DNA of 64,000 nucleotides. Origin: Bigelowiella natans CCMP2755. Taxonomy: Eukaryota > Protista > Cercozoa. The position numbers and the translations under genes were made by a program. The stretch spans positions 1 to 64,000 of the forward strand of contig ADNK01000778.1 in assembly GCA_000320545.1 (NCBI GenBank), read 5' to 3'. The notes beneath the pieces are model-generated. The model had not been told where the DNA came from. It made no database searches and saw only the letters and a program-made list of their open reading frames with translations. This document shows positions 39,616-54,278 of this stretch, piece after piece (position 1 is the stretch's first letter; each line of letters begins with the position of its first letter).

Positions 39616-42198
39616 ATGAATCTTAAAGCGGCTCATCATCATTCGTCGACTTCTCTTGGTCAGCCCCCCCGGAATTTGTGTCCCCCAAAGAATCCCGCCC
39701 CTTTCTTAGAGTTTGCAACGGTGGTACGTTGACTTTCATAATTCATCTGTATACCTGACCGAAAGCGAGAGGGGGAGGCAGGATAATGGGGCTTTGAGTA
39801 GATACATATTACTTTTAGATGTATTTATTCGATCTCTTCGGTATTTACATTCATAGTATTAAGAGCGATAGCCCCTTCCATGCTCTTCGTCTTCACATTC
39901 TTCATCAATTTTCTGGCGGCTACAGCTTCACTCCCGACTCGGAGAGGTGTTCTTCTTCAAGTTTATACTTGTCCCCACTAGAAAAGAGGCTGACACGCTT
40001 ATCATCAACGCTTGTACGATTCTAGGTATTGCTGGAGATTCTACCTTTTTGAAAACTCGATGCAGTGCACACTCTTCTTTAAGACGTCTGCAGCCTAAGT
40101 ACATCCCAAATAGAGGTAGCAAACTCATTTAATACATCTTTTCATTAAAATAAATTTAACTAATATGTGTGCTCGGGCGCTAGAATTTCTATCCAGACGC
40201 CTTCCGTCTCACTTTGGCAGAATCCATACAGGCCAGAGAAAAGATAGGTATGTTCCTAATCATTTCTTAGATTCTAATATAATCATCTCATAGTAATGCA
40301 ACACGCTCTGTGTTGTCGATTTTCTACCAGTATCAGAGAGGCTATTGTACCGAACGCCCATACTTTCGAGGTTCTTCGGTTATATGTAGCTTTTATTATT
40401 GTGCTGTGATATTAAATATATACGCATTAATTCATATATCTCTGCTCAACGAGAAACGAATGGCTCTTACCATCCATACATCGTCATTCATTTAGGCTGC
40501 AGAAAGTACAATGCTGACAATACAGGAAAGAGAAGGTAGCTCACTTTCTATGTACGAAGTCTTCGACAAGCTGAACATTCATACAACAACATGCAGGTTA
40601 TAGGGTGGAGGATTACTTGGAGCAAGTGGAGAGAATAGTGCACATGACGTTCCCCGACAAGAACAGAAGGTAATTTGCAATCGCTCCCTTATGCCATTTC
40701 TGTCTTCGTTTGTCATCAATCTCCCACTTATTAGCAACCCTGTTACCATTCTCACATCCTCTTCCTCGGCTTGTTTGGTCTTAATGTTGTTACAATGGGG
40801 AATTCATCAGGACAAAGATCGATCCGAACACCTGGCAGGTGTGTAGTTCTTCTGCCGACGCTCTGTTGTTGCGTTTCTCCTCCTCCAACGCAAAGTATGA
40901 CTTTTGCAACGTTCATTTAGGTGCGACTGCTAACGCAAGACTTTGTCGGCGTGCAGTTTAGACCGGTGACGCAGCTGAAGGTGTACTACTGCTTTTGAAA
41001 AAAAACTGCAGAATCATGTTTCTTCTCCTTCTCTTTGTAACTGCAACGACGGTGCAGCGATATGATCTCTTCCTCCCATAAAAATAGGTTTTCTGCGATC
41101 AAAAGGGTCTCCACATCACAGTCTCAGAGCTCGACCTCGATATGCCTCCACAGTTTCAAGTTGATTCGGTAAATATGAGCATGCATATGAGATATTGTCA
41201 ATGTTCTCCCAGGCACAAGCTCCATGCCAATTTCTGCATGCGCGCAATTTTGCGTGTTTTGCTTGGAAGGGGGGGAAGGGATGGAGCGTCGAATTATGCC
41301 CTCTTTTTTATTTTTCATGATATGTCGTTGGAAGGACCATATCATCTGTGCAAAATACGTTTCTTTTTATGTCATATCTCTCTTCTGGCAGCCTATACTG
41401 AAAGTCGAAGGCATTCTGAAACCAGCGACGCGTCTACCTCGCAATAAGGCAATACGATAAAGGAACTAATGGATTCGTGAAACTCGAGACAGCTACTCTT
41501 TGCAGTGTGTGCGTGTTTGTAGAAGATACTGAATTCCATCTCAACAAGCTAGAGTTTATTACCTCCTCGTCACACTACGTCATCATCATCAGGTTATTCT
41601 AAGAGGTTCTGTGAAGATGACCCTGACGACTGATCTCCCAGCGCCATTCATGGCCATTCCCGGGGTGAATATGAAGCGCTAGATAGATGGTGGTGGTTAG
41701 GGCAATTTTTTATTAGATTTTTAGCATGATATGCTGAAAGAATGTTGTTGATGTTGACCACAATGATGATGATGATGATGATGGTGAGTGCCAGAAAATA
41801 GGTGCTCCAAACCATCGAGGTATAAAAGAAATTTGCAATTCAAAAGGTTCAAAATGTTGCTGAGGCTGTGATGAAAAGGTCCTTGACGCTTGCAAAATAC
41901 GCATGGAAACATGCACGCACCTTTTGACTTGCCGTTTGTTTTTGCTCCTTTTCCCCGCGCAGGATTATCACACAGTTGAAGCAATCTCTAGGTAATTAAC
42001 CGAAGAAGAATAAGAAAGCACGACAATCATGCCTTCTCTTTTCTTGGTAGATCCAACCATTAAGTGAAAAGCTGAGTTTTCTCTTTTTCCCTCTCTTTTA
42101 CTTTCACCCTTCTAGAAGCTGGTTTGGCTAACGATTATGAGCAATGGACTCAGCGGCAGCAGCAGCAGCAAGTTGCAGCTCCTGCAGCATCCTCGTAA
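39616..42198 (+). CDS. DUF1997 family protein (cyanobacterial/plastid type), multi-exon; 5' exons uncertain
   Basis: EDYLEQVERIVHMTFPDKNRRTKIDPNTWQVRLLTQDFVGVQFRPVTQLKV ... LRGSVKMTLTTDLPAPF ... LANDYEQW ... AASS*; matches my recollection of plant/cyanobacterial DUF1997 motifs. Confidence 0.75.
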
Positions 42199-43414
42199 TC
42201 TCGCTCGCAACTATTCATAATCAATACTACCAGTGTTATCAATGAGACAATGGCTTCCTTGGCTTACTCCTCTCGTAAACTAATAATGGGAGCGGAGATC
42301 TTGCTGGTCGTTCTCCGACAGCGGAAGCTCACAGCAGCAGCCAAACAATCTACTCTTTGTAATGCTGACGACGATGATTGATTAGACACCATTCAATGAG
42401 ATGGCGTTTTATATTGGCCCTCCTGGATGGTGGTGGTAGTGGTAGTAGTAGTGGTAGTGGTAGCGGCAGCAGTAGTGTTGCAGATACCCAACGTAGCATA
42501 AGACAACAAATTAGCCGGCTTAGAAGCCATAAATGAGACGCACATAGATAATAGTAAATGTATAGCCGCGATGTACTACTGTAGACGAAATCTTCCTACA
42601 CTACTTTAGATATCTTTTGGGATTGTGTGATGAGTCGCCAGTCCACCATTCTATACATAAATGACTGATTGAATATAACTACAACTCATCATAGCAATAT
42701 GTTTGTGCTCAAAACCTAAAATTATTTTAATCGTGTTTGTATGTTGGAGGGGTATATAATTACGGATATAGCGCGGATTGCATGCACGTTCGCAGACATC
42801 ATTCATGAAAATACGGCAGACACACAACGGCGTAGCCTGCGTATGTTGTGAACATAGTATGTATGCGTCAGCCCGCTGGATGACATATTTTACAATATAT
42901 TATATATATCATATATATTATATATACGTATGTCTATAGTTTTTGCATTCATGCAAATGTTTAGCTATATCTAAGATTAAAAAAAATAACTAAATTTTAC
43001 TGTCCTTGTTATCACATGGCGCGCAAGTGCTATGCAACGTACTGAAGTATAGAAGATGTGACAAATGAGCATTTTTGACAGCACGCATTATTGTTCACAT
43101 ACACCATCATCTATGTTAGCATGGTGTCAAATCAACGGGACGCACATATACAGGATGAATCTACACTGTGTCATCGACAGTCGCGGCATCACGCCTCTGC
43201 CCCCCGCCGTGTTGGCACTTGCAAATAAGTACAGCTGTATATCTGTAGCTGGAAACACAATGTGTACGCAAAGAATGTACACGCATGCAGTTGCAAGCCA
43301 ACTAGGAAATGTGTTAAGAATAACTACTCATAACAGCAATAATAACCGCTCTATAGCTGTGCACACCATAGTATTGCTATCAAAAGCTTTGTTCACAATA
43401 AGCTGTGGCATCTT

Positions 43415-46033
43415 TTACTTTTTTTCAAGCACATAGACAATCTCATCAAAGTAGCTTGTTCCTTTTTTCTTCCAGACAGGTTCAATTGACATGCGATCCT
43501 CTCGATCGAGCTCCTGCCATCATCGTATCACAGATGCAGGGTAGGGCAGCGTGTTAGATGAGAAGAAGGGAAGAATAGTCATGGGATTTGTTGAGAGCAG
43601 TATTGATTTTAACGATAGCATTGAAATAACAAATATTTCCAGACTTTTCTTCTTCAACCTTGATATTGAAATCTGCGGCATATAAGGCGTCAACATCAGC
43701 CCTGGTGACGGAAAAAGGAGGCCCTAGCTTGCCATTCTGAGAGGTGGGGAAGTAGGAAGTACATCGTTTCATCACGTATTCGTCATGAAATTTTCAGACT
43801 CCTTAAAGAGCTGAAAATAACTCCTATGTTTTATATGATTGCAATATGTCGCAGCAGCAGCCACATATTCGTTATTTTTGGTTTGCTTGGGTAATTATTC
43901 CATAGTTGTTCAATAGTGATGCTACTACTACAAACATTGAACGGGTCGTGCTCCAGAGCGAGCAAAAGAATCTTCCCGCCCGGCTTTAGCGCCTCCCTAC
44001 AAGTTGCAACGTACCTGTAGTTAAAAAGAGTTAGTGATGAGGCTCGAAGTAGTTACAGATGATGACAGCATTTATGACGACTGGCTACTCGATTCTGTCA
44101 ATAGGCCTGATAGCTACGAGAGCGCCTCGGTCGTAAATGGCGTCGAATCCGGTCGGGGACGTGCCTCTTCCCGCACAGAGGCTGAAGAAATCGCCCTAGG
44201 AAGAATAGTACGAATTCGTTTGTCTTTCGTATGTCGTTTACGATGCACCACCTTCAGGACACGACCGATGCCAAGTGGCAAACGTTTGGAAGTAGCGCTC
44301 CTCCTCCTCCTCATCCTAATACTACTGCTGCTGCTACTGCAACTACTACTACTACTACTGCTACTACTACTACTACCAGCAAATACGTGACGGAGCCTGA
44401 TCCGAGAGAACCTCTCCATACCTGGTTGAGATGAATTCATGATTCGGTGATGACGACGCGTGGATAGAGGAAGGAACGATATACTACAGTGTAGCTTGTC
44501 TTGCTCTCTGGGGCACCATCACCAATGAGGGAAAGAATTGCTCCTGACAACAGCATGTATATAAATATATGTATGTTTACTATGAATTGATGTTCAGGTG
44601 TACACATTCTCACTCCTCGAATCAGCTCAATACAACATTATCATCATCATCATCATCATTATCATCGTCTTTTTCCTCTTCTCCTTCTACTTCTTCTTCT
44701 TTTTCTTCTTCTCTTTTTTCAGATGGTAGCAGGATTCAATCACCATATGTTTCCTTGAGGAGGTCCCTAAACTCGCTGCAGGCCTTTGGCACACAGTCAA
44801 CACCCACTACATTGTGCCCCATGCCTGACGAGAAGGAGCAGAAACATCACCCATAGAAAACAACGCTTCACACCATCACACATTTATCATCAAGCTCGTG
44901 GTCAGCGTGAAATTTTACATTCATCAAGATTAGCATCTGCATAATGCATGCTTCTTCTTCCCTCATGCACCAATCTCCTTCTTTCCCAGTTATTTCCTTT
45001 CATTACTCGCCAAATAGGCCATGTCGTGGGTCTTGCCGCAGAGGGGAACCAGCACAGATGACTTCTCGTCACCAGGGAAGAGCTCCTTTGAGAAGCGAGT
45101 TAGTTTTGGGTTTGCTTCCTGCATTATTAGCAGTCATGATCCTTGTCATATATCATCACCATCTCCAGGTGCGAGATCAAGCCGAGCTTGCTATTTGTCG
45201 GGATTCTATAGTTTAGAAATTGTTTTCGTACATTTAGATGGAAGTGCGTCCTTCCTATTGCCCATCCTTCGTGCCAGCGCGCTTGACGATCCTCCTCTCC
45301 TGACATGTGCTGCCGTAGGTACCAGCCTGGAATGATCACCATCGATATTAACATCCAGCGGGAGTTTATGGTGGGATCCCACCATCACAGATGCTGGATA
45401 GTGTTATGGTGTATGCCGTTAAGTGTACACACGCAAGCTGACCGATAGAAAGAGCTCCAAGGCCAAGTCTAATCACACAGATGATTACACTGGTGAGGTG
45501 TGCAGCAGTTTCTTACCCATTGAGATGGCGATTCAGCGAATCTATCCGAATTGCAATGCGTTCGTTCTAATGGCGATTATGATGCATGTTGACAATATAA
45601 TCTAATACCCTACTCCGCCAAGCAATGACCACGGAGTCCCGCCTTTCGATCCTCCGTCACCACCTTCAGCCTTCGCAGCTCGGGTGACAGAGGATCCCTG
45701 CAAAACAAGTAGTCCTCCTCCACCCAGAACTGAGCATGAAATAAGTCACGGTCGCCGTTTCATTTGAATGTTTTCTTATGTCAAGTGGAAAGTACCTCCA
45801 ACCATGATTTTCTGCATTCTCGATTTGTTCAAACCGGCTTGGATGTGAGGAGGATAAGATCTTCTCAGCGGTAGTCTTGCTTGCATCAAACTAACGTCAT
45901 GCAGGTATCACGTCAGGTACTAACCACAAAATAACAAGCATCAACCGAACATAGCTGCGATGTGGATAAACCCTCTCATTAGTGCGGAGCCTTTCGCGGC
46001 CAGGAGCCTCCTCCAGTTTCCGGTCGCCGCCAT
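43415..46033 (-). CDS. TPMT: Thiopurine S-methyltransferase family protein with N-terminal presequence-like extension
   Basis: RWHEGWAIGRTHFHLN|EANPKL ... VLVPLCGKTHDMAYLA.MGHNVVGVD ... DFFSL ... FDAIYDRGALVAI ... LKPGGKILL ... GPPFSV ... EIVYVLEKK*. Confidence 0.92.
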
Positions 46034-46280
46034 GAGAAATCCTGGTACGAGCGTAGGCTCACAAATGAGAAATGCAACAAAAACTGACAGAATCGTAGGA
46101 CATTTTTGATAAAAGACATGGATTTTTACTCATTGTCGATCACACCGAATGTGCTTTGCTCTCCAAGTCTCCTAGAAATTATCAGGCTACTAGTAGGAAA
46201 AATAGTTTTGATTTTGACGGAGCGACAACTCTTCTAAAGCTTTAAACTGTTGTCGCAGAGGAAAAATCAGTGCTCCCGGA

Positions 46281-49200
46281 ATGGCGGAACAATATGGATG
46301 AAGGCTTTGACCTCCTGGGGGGCATCGGGCAACTGGCCTGCACCCAGTTCGTTGCATTCGCTTAATTCTATCACTTGTTTCTCATTTAAGGTTGATATAT
46401 TTCACTTTCTGGCAGATCGTAAGGGAAGAAGTGGCAAGGGCAGCTCAAGCAAAGAGTCGTTGAAACGCCTTCCTTTCTGGTTAGTTTTCCTTTCTTTGTG
46501 ATCGTGGCAGATTTAATGGAAGATGTTGATTCTAACAATATTTCCTCAGGTTAAGTAGGAGAGCGATGTGGGTGTTATATTCAATGATCGCTACCTTTGT
46601 GATAGCTCAGGTCTGCATATCTGATTATTTTCTGATGATGATGCATACACGCAACTGACGATGCTTCTCTTGGCCTTAAGATTATTGTCAACGTCTTCGT
46701 TGCAAGCTCAAAGAAATCCTCCACCACAGCAGGGAATAAAGTCAAGTATGATCCTTGTTACTTTCGGTGTTGTTCCTACTGTCTTCATAATGAAATATTT
46801 GATAATTATGGAAGGGATTCACCAGACAAACCAGTGGAACGTATCAGGGGGCAAGAGGTCGTAGATAAATCCAAAAAGATAGTGCTGCCTCCATTATTGT
46901 GTTCATAGGGATTGACGAGATATTTCTCTTTCCTCACTGGATAATAGGACAAGAGATGGATTAGCCTCCACAACGAGTATGCTCAAGAATCAAGGTTTGA
47001 CAATATTCGTTTACCATTCTTACAGACCAGTCCTGCATCCATATGTGATAACGTGACGTCTATGGCGGTTTTCAGGAACGCCCACAGCATCGATGTCGTT
47101 TTCTTTGGAGACTCAATTACTCAGGTGGTTTCCCCGCTCAATATTCTGTCGTACTGCTGGAATATTTCCTCACATCTATACTGTTCTTCTTCTTCTTCTT
47201 CTTCTTCTTCTTCTTCTTCTAGCACATGTTGAATAGTCAGGCGTGGGAAGAAATCACAAAAATGTAAGTCGAAGTAGGCAGCTATTTGAAAGTACGAGAT
47301 GGTACCATCACCGACGGCTTCGGCTCTCTCCTCGTTTTTCAGGCACAAGGTTCTCAACTTCGGCGTGGGTGGAGACCGCACGGTGAATGATATTAATAGC
47401 CATCATGTGAGAAGTAGTATCTGAACAGTGTTGGCATCATCGATGCTTAATCATCGTAATCATGATCATGATTCAGCAACACCTACTGTGGCGCATGGAC
47501 AATGGGGAGCTCGAATTCAAACAAGGTGGGTGGGTGAATGGATGTGTAAATCAGTGATTCTTCGTGTCTGAGCCATACCATGTCGTCCACACAGATTACA
47601 GCTACTATATGTCTGCTGTTGCTCTGTTAGCACGTCAGTCATTGTGTCGTATAGTGCTGCTTCTTCTTCTTCTTCTTCTTCTTCTTCTTCTATCTTAACT
47701 CTCGTCGCTCTATTACTTATCTGCAGCTCCAAAAGCAGTTGTAATCATGATTGGAACTAACAACCTGGGGGTAGATCGTCCAGCCGAGATTGCTGAAGGA
47801 GCATTTAAGGTTGATTGACTCGTCGATGTGCCGCTGAGAGGCAAAAAAATAATTATTGTTAGAATGGAGAGAGTAGTCGTCGTTCCTTCTCTCTCTTTAA
47901 GCCAGTATGCAACTTTCCTAATGAATCATCTGAATGGTGATGATTGCAAACAAGGCGGTGGATAGAGTGCGACAGAAGTACCCGACGACTATCATTCTTC
48001 TAGTTGGTGAGCAGTAACTTATAATAAAGAATAACATCTAAAAAAGGAAGAATGATGATAATATTAACAGTAGCAGTAAGACGATAGCTAAGGATGGAGA
48101 CGATGTCTCCAAAACTTAAACGATTGGCAAATGCTATACTTGTTCATCACCTTCGTTTCATTCTGCCTTTCTCTTACCAAGCTTTCTGTGCCATTTGTTG
48201 TTGTTGTTGTTGTTGTTACCGTCATTCATGTTTTAAATATTCTCATCATATAAATTTGCTACGCACAACTACTACCACCAAGCCATACCCCCTCGCTCAA
48301 AGGTTATTATAATCAATCATGATCACGTTGAAAGTCGTCACTCCATCGTTATAATTTTTCATGGTCGCCACCGTTAATGAAAACTGCAGATTTCGACGGC
48401 AATGCGCGTCATAATGATGATGATGATGATGAGGATCAGATAATGATAAAAACGTTACAGTGCGGATGAATGTGAGGGACAGTGTTCATAACAAAAGACG
48501 AAATCCCTTCACTCTTTATGAAGAAACAAAGCGGACAAAACATTCTATTTATTCATGCAGCAGCTCCACATGTCATCATCATCATCATCATCATCACCAT
48601 CATCATAATTTATCATGTACTACTACATCGTCTTCCCCTTCTTCTTCTTCTTCCTCCTCCTCTTTTGCTCTGTTTCTCTCATATCGTAACAGTTCGCAGA
48701 AAATCCAATACGAAGAGACAGACAATTGTACAACGAGATACTGGAACAGCGCGCTGCAGAATTGGTTGCACATGCGTTTGTGTTCTCCGTTCCTCTCAGC
48801 TTTATGGTGAGTGATAAGAGACCGTTACTGAAGCTATGTTCCTGCTCTTGCTATTTCCTTCTCACTACAGGGCAGCAGCGTTAGATTCGTTGCATTTCCG
48901 GACAACGAAGTGCTGCACCCTTCCACGAGTGAGTAGTGAGCCAGTGAGTGAGAATAGGCTGGTGTGTGAAAATAATGATGACGATGATGATGATGATACG
49001 AAGTGTGAAAGGAGAAATGGCCATGTTTACATGTTTGTTGTGTTGTGCATGTGAGGAACTATTGGATTGTGGGGTGATGATGATGATAATAATGAAAATC
49101 GTGCCTAAGTACGACTTTGCCACCTCCTGATACAAACTGCTATTGCTTGCTGCCGTTACACTATTCTCCAGGAGAATTCTCTAGGAAATATACCGTTGAT

Positions 49201-49733
49201 TTCGTCCATCTGACAAATAGAGTAGTAGTAGTAGCAGTAGCACCATCACCACCATCACCACTACCAAGAGAATGTAAAAGATGAAAAAGGACGCAGACAC
49301 ACGCGTGCAGGAATACGTAACACATCGGTAGAGAGAGGGGGTACCATGATATCTCCATGTCTATCCAATGATGACTGTGATTCTTTCCTCCGTTGTTGTT
49401 TGGCGATAGGCGTATGAAGCTCTGGTAATAAAAGCGCTTCTGCCTGAGGTATTTTTGATGATAATTCTGCTATCATCATGACTCGGTGCTACTTCGCATG
49501 TGTGAAGAAGTGAGGATGAATGCATGAGGGGTGCGGGGGGTAAGTAGCATATGGATGGTCGAGCGGGCGGTGGGTTAAGAGATAAGGAGGAGGAGAGACA
49601 GAAAGAGAAAGAAAGAGAGAGAGAGAGAGTACTGCACTGTACTTATCAACAATGCCATCAGATTTCAAGGGCAGTTGCAGGCGCTAACCATCGTAACAGT
49701 CGCAACGAGCAGAAGCGACACGGCACATTGTGA
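46281..49733 (+). CDS. SGNH/GDSL hydrolase, PAF-acetylhydrolase Ib-like, multi-exon; both ends tentative
   Basis: DVVFFGDSITQ (block I), LNFGVGGDRTQHLLWRMDNGEL (II), PKAVVIMIGTNNL (III), AIPPR, DFVHLTNRAY (V). Confidence 0.88.
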
Positions 49734-50564
49734 TGTCTGCATAGTAGCAACCTAACCCACGGTATCAGCACGTCGAGGAAGATCGCAGCCTCTAATTGAA
49801 AGATACATGACTTTTTGTGTAATTATTGTCCTTCATTATTCATGATTTTAACTAACAAAATATCATTGATGTCATTTGAGTTTAATTTGCATATTAGTAC
49901 AAATGACCATGGCTAATTTGCCTTCACCATTGTGTCGACTTTGTTCATGCATTGTGTTGATCTTCGCTTTTAAATAACCATCTCTAGATCTAGCAGTCGA
50001 TCAGTGTGCATGCATGCTAATTAAACGTTCCATGTAGCATGTGGAGCTCCACAGTGTCGGTGCCTCTTCGCATAATGCTTTAATACTACGCAATTTCATC
50101 AAATGTGATATCGCGATGCATGTGAATACACTCAGAGTTGTATTGTTGAATCCAGCGCGAACAATTATACAATAATGATCGTATGAGCTTAGATGAGTAG
50201 AGCTAGCTATTAGCTAGAGAGGCTCATGCTATTTGTAAATACCATCTGCATTTCGGCGGCTGTGTGCTTATATCATATTAGCAGCTAGGCACTGTACACG
50301 GTAGCATTCTACCGCAGCTAGTGTGAAGAAACTTTCGAACTAGCAAATTGAGCTGTGAGCTGATGGGAATTTAGCGCTAGCAATGCGAAGTAATAATATT
50401 TTTTATGAGGGTTACACATAGCTTTGTATTAACGTATATGCACGCCCAATACACACATTAGTTACTAAGAATATAAATTGTCATTCTTTTCTCTTACAAA
50501 AGAAATTCCACCGATTTGATCCGCTTATTGATAGTTCGATTACGCATAATTCCACATTTTTTTT

Positions 50565-51255
50565 TTATCCTAATTTAGTGTTCTTGAGCGACGTTACCGT
50601 GCAGAATTCAGAATCTCCAGGAACGAACAGCTTTTTCTCGCCGAACCTAGGAGTTAAAAAAGCGGGAAAAGTCAGATAATTGAGCCCATGAAGTTTAGCA
50701 TAATCACTAGCACATCTTCAAACTCTCTTCTTCATAACGGAACCTGGCAATGCCATCCTCCCCCACTGTCAGATCTTCAACGACCTTTGATGGCAACGAC
50801 AACACGATGACAACGAGAGAGTAGGTAAGACCGTGGTTGTTCTACTTCTACTTCAAGTAGTAGCCGTACCTTTGGCCATACAGAAGTCTTCGCTTTCGGA
50901 TTGATCGGCTTGGAGGGAAGTGGGTACCTGCGATTATGCAAGCTGTTGAGTATAACTTGAAGAGTAAACAGATGGAAAGGAGGTGGTTTGTGGGCTGCGT
51001 GGTCAATATATTCCATGTGCGTGGGAATCATCATCTTGGTAAAAATTATCGTGCATACTGACTCCTTGATATCGATTCCCTCAGCTGAGATGCGGTCTCC
51101 AGGCTGAGATTTGTTCCCCCAAGCAACAAGAATAAAAGGCCAACGACGAGTTAGATATAGATGATGACCCTAGTGTTTTCGTACTGACTTCACATGTACG
51201 TTCGTCTACCCCAATACCCCACAATCTCACTCCACTGCTTTTATTGTCTTTATTT

Positions 51256-51306
<51 letters not shown>

Positions 51307-52405
51307 TTATATCCCTGCATGCTGCGCCCTATTGAGGTAGGGGCTTGCCTACTAGCAACACGAGTCACAACAATTACTACCTTCGCAGAGGATGGTGGCT
51401 CCAGAACCTTCACGGGCAAGAGAAGAGAAGGAGGAGGAGGGGGGGGGAGGAGGAGAGGGAAGAGAGTTGAGTGATAGGAAAACTACAAGACTATAATCCC
51501 TCAAATACAGTCACGGTAGGTCGTGATGTTTGTTAGCAGCTACTATTCATCGAGCATGGATTTGCGTGTGTCGCATGCTCCTATGACGACTAGATGGTAC
51601 AAGAGAATGCCTCAAGTAACCAAAATAAACGAAACCATGCATAATCATTCGCAGTTTTTCTTTGAAATGAAAAGCACTTCGATTGATGCCGTGCAATTTT
51701 TACCTCGACTTTTGTATGATCTGCATTAGAAGCCGCCAGCACCATTCCCTTTGACTCTATTCCTGTAGATGTAGTAGTAGTCGTCGTCGTCGTCATCAAC
51801 ATCGTAATCATCGCCCCCATCGCTCAGTGGCGAGAAGAGTGGCGTGGCAATAGATGAAAAGAACAAGAAAGAACAGCTACAAAAGACACGACCAAGCTAC
51901 CGACGAGAGTTACCTCTGAGCTTAGATGGTTTGAGGTTAGCAACGACCACTACTCTCTTCCCAACCAGCTCCTCCTGTTGCGACAAACATGCAAGGAGGA
52001 AAAAAGAGACAATGATGGAGTTTGAGAAGAACATCAGCACTAACGAGACAGACGTTGTGGTGATGGGAAACAAACAGAATAGAGGCACGCTATTGCCGCA
52101 AGAAAATAAACAAGCCGGAAACTACCTGGGTGTAGAAGTCACGAAGTCCGCTGACAATCGTTCGTGGACTGGATGATATGTATAAACGCACTCTCAGACA
52201 CAGTTAATGATTTATTTCTCAAAGAGGGTGTGTGATCATCATCGTCCTCCAAAGGGGGTCGCTGTTTCTCATCTTCAGCTGTCCCAAGGAACTCCCCCAC
52301 AACACAGAAGAAACAGTGAAATTCATGATGGATTGTTGTCCATCGCGTCGTGGGAGATGAGATGACGTGTAAATAAATATCATTGATCCCTATTCTACTT
52401 ATTGT

Positions 52406-52438
<33 letters not shown>

Positions 52439-52642
52439 CGGTAGTATTAATGACCCTTCCTCATCCCCAACATCGATCTTCTCGCAGAATAGCTTATCGG
52501 CGTCTGGGTGTGGCCAGACCTCGACAATCTTGCCTACCCTCAGCTCAATCTGTAATGAGGATTTGGATTGGTTGTTGTTATCATTGTTGCGAAGGTAGTG
52601 TGATGGTCATTTCCCATCCGAGACATGCACTCCAGGCAACCG

Positions 52643-52676
<34 letters not shown>

Positions 52677-53092
52677 CTTCTACTAAGAAAGAGACACAAC
52701 GCGCCACGCTGAAATGCATTATCGGTGCTTTGTTGTTATGGGTGTTGTTGGGATATTGTAAGAAGTAACATCGCTACAACTTGTACTGTTGCGCTTTGCT
52801 GTAGTTGTAGTGGTAGTAGTAGTAGTAGTAGTAGTGGTAGTAGTACCTGGTTGAATGGTGGTACATCGACGGCTTGGTTGTTCTTGCCACCTCCCCTCTC
52901 GCCTCGACGATTACCCCTCCCTCCTTTTCCTGCGTCTGTAGTAGCATTGACAAGTGAGGCTTGAAGAACATCATCTCGACGTACGTGCATAATGAATGAG
53001 TAAAAACTACGATGTGCCGACCTTTCTTCTCGATCTTTGCCCACGTATCTCGGAGCCCGACAATGCGATTGAACACTAGTTCCTTCTGCTGC

Positions 53093-53129
<37 letters not shown>

Positions 53130-54221
53130 GCTGCCCAGCTCCAGACTCCATCATATCGGGAGAGAAGAACCCTGAGTGGGGATAAAACACCAAACAACAA
53201 CAACAACAACAACAACAACAGTCTTTACAATCACAACAATAAACAACAACGACATTCCCACTCAATCGGTGGCTCTACTGCTGCTGCTGATGGTCATTTC
53301 TGCCCCCCCCCCCCCCCCTCCCTACAGCTGTTATCGTTAGCCTCACCTTGCCGTTCAAACTGAAACCTTGGTCGACTGTCCTCGAAGAGCTGATGCCATC
53401 AGTCAGTCAGTAACTTCATAGTTTTCCCAACAATAATTGGGTTTCGCGGATATTTTATTGTACAGAAACTGATATTGATTTCGATGCTAACCACCCATGT
53501 TCTTCATTGAATTGTCCTTAAATCAGATACATGGAGCATTGGTATCTGCCTCACCCCCCTTCTGCTACTGCTACTATCTATAAAAGCAATACCTTGCCGA
53601 GGCTTTCATCATGAGCATTAGCTGCCACATACGGCTCAACGAAGCCCTAAGAGTAATAGATATATACACGGCAATATGTGTATGTGTGTACATGTGACAC
53701 GTGGTCAATTCTAGCGATATTTATCTATTTATAGTGTGTGTGTGTGTGTGTGTGAAAAGGGGGGGGGATATGTGGCTGGAGACATTTGTCGTATGATAAT
53801 TTGCATAGAACAAACACATCAGCCACCGCTTCTCGAAATAAGAGCAAATACGTATGTTGTTAAGTGAGTGTTCCCTCTTTTTCGTCATTCTCGTCATCAC
53901 CGTCGTCATCATCATCGTCATCATCATCATTATCACTATCCCCTCCCCAAGATCTCCTTACATGCATCTCTTTGAGTGAGGAGGGGTTGATAAGATCCAT
54001 GAGTGTCATATCGGGAGCCTCAGCCTTAGCAAGATGGTGATCAGTTTGATGGGAATGAGACTATGTGACTGATTGATTGATTGGTTGATAAAAGAAGTAT
54101 TATCGAGGACAACGAAGATAAGAAGACGCTCGAATAGCTCACCAAAGCTTCGTCAGCGTTAGGGACTTTCAGGATCGACTCGTACAGGTTCAGCTGTTTG
54201 TAGCAATGTGGCAGGAACACA

Positions 54222-54278
<57 letters not shown>

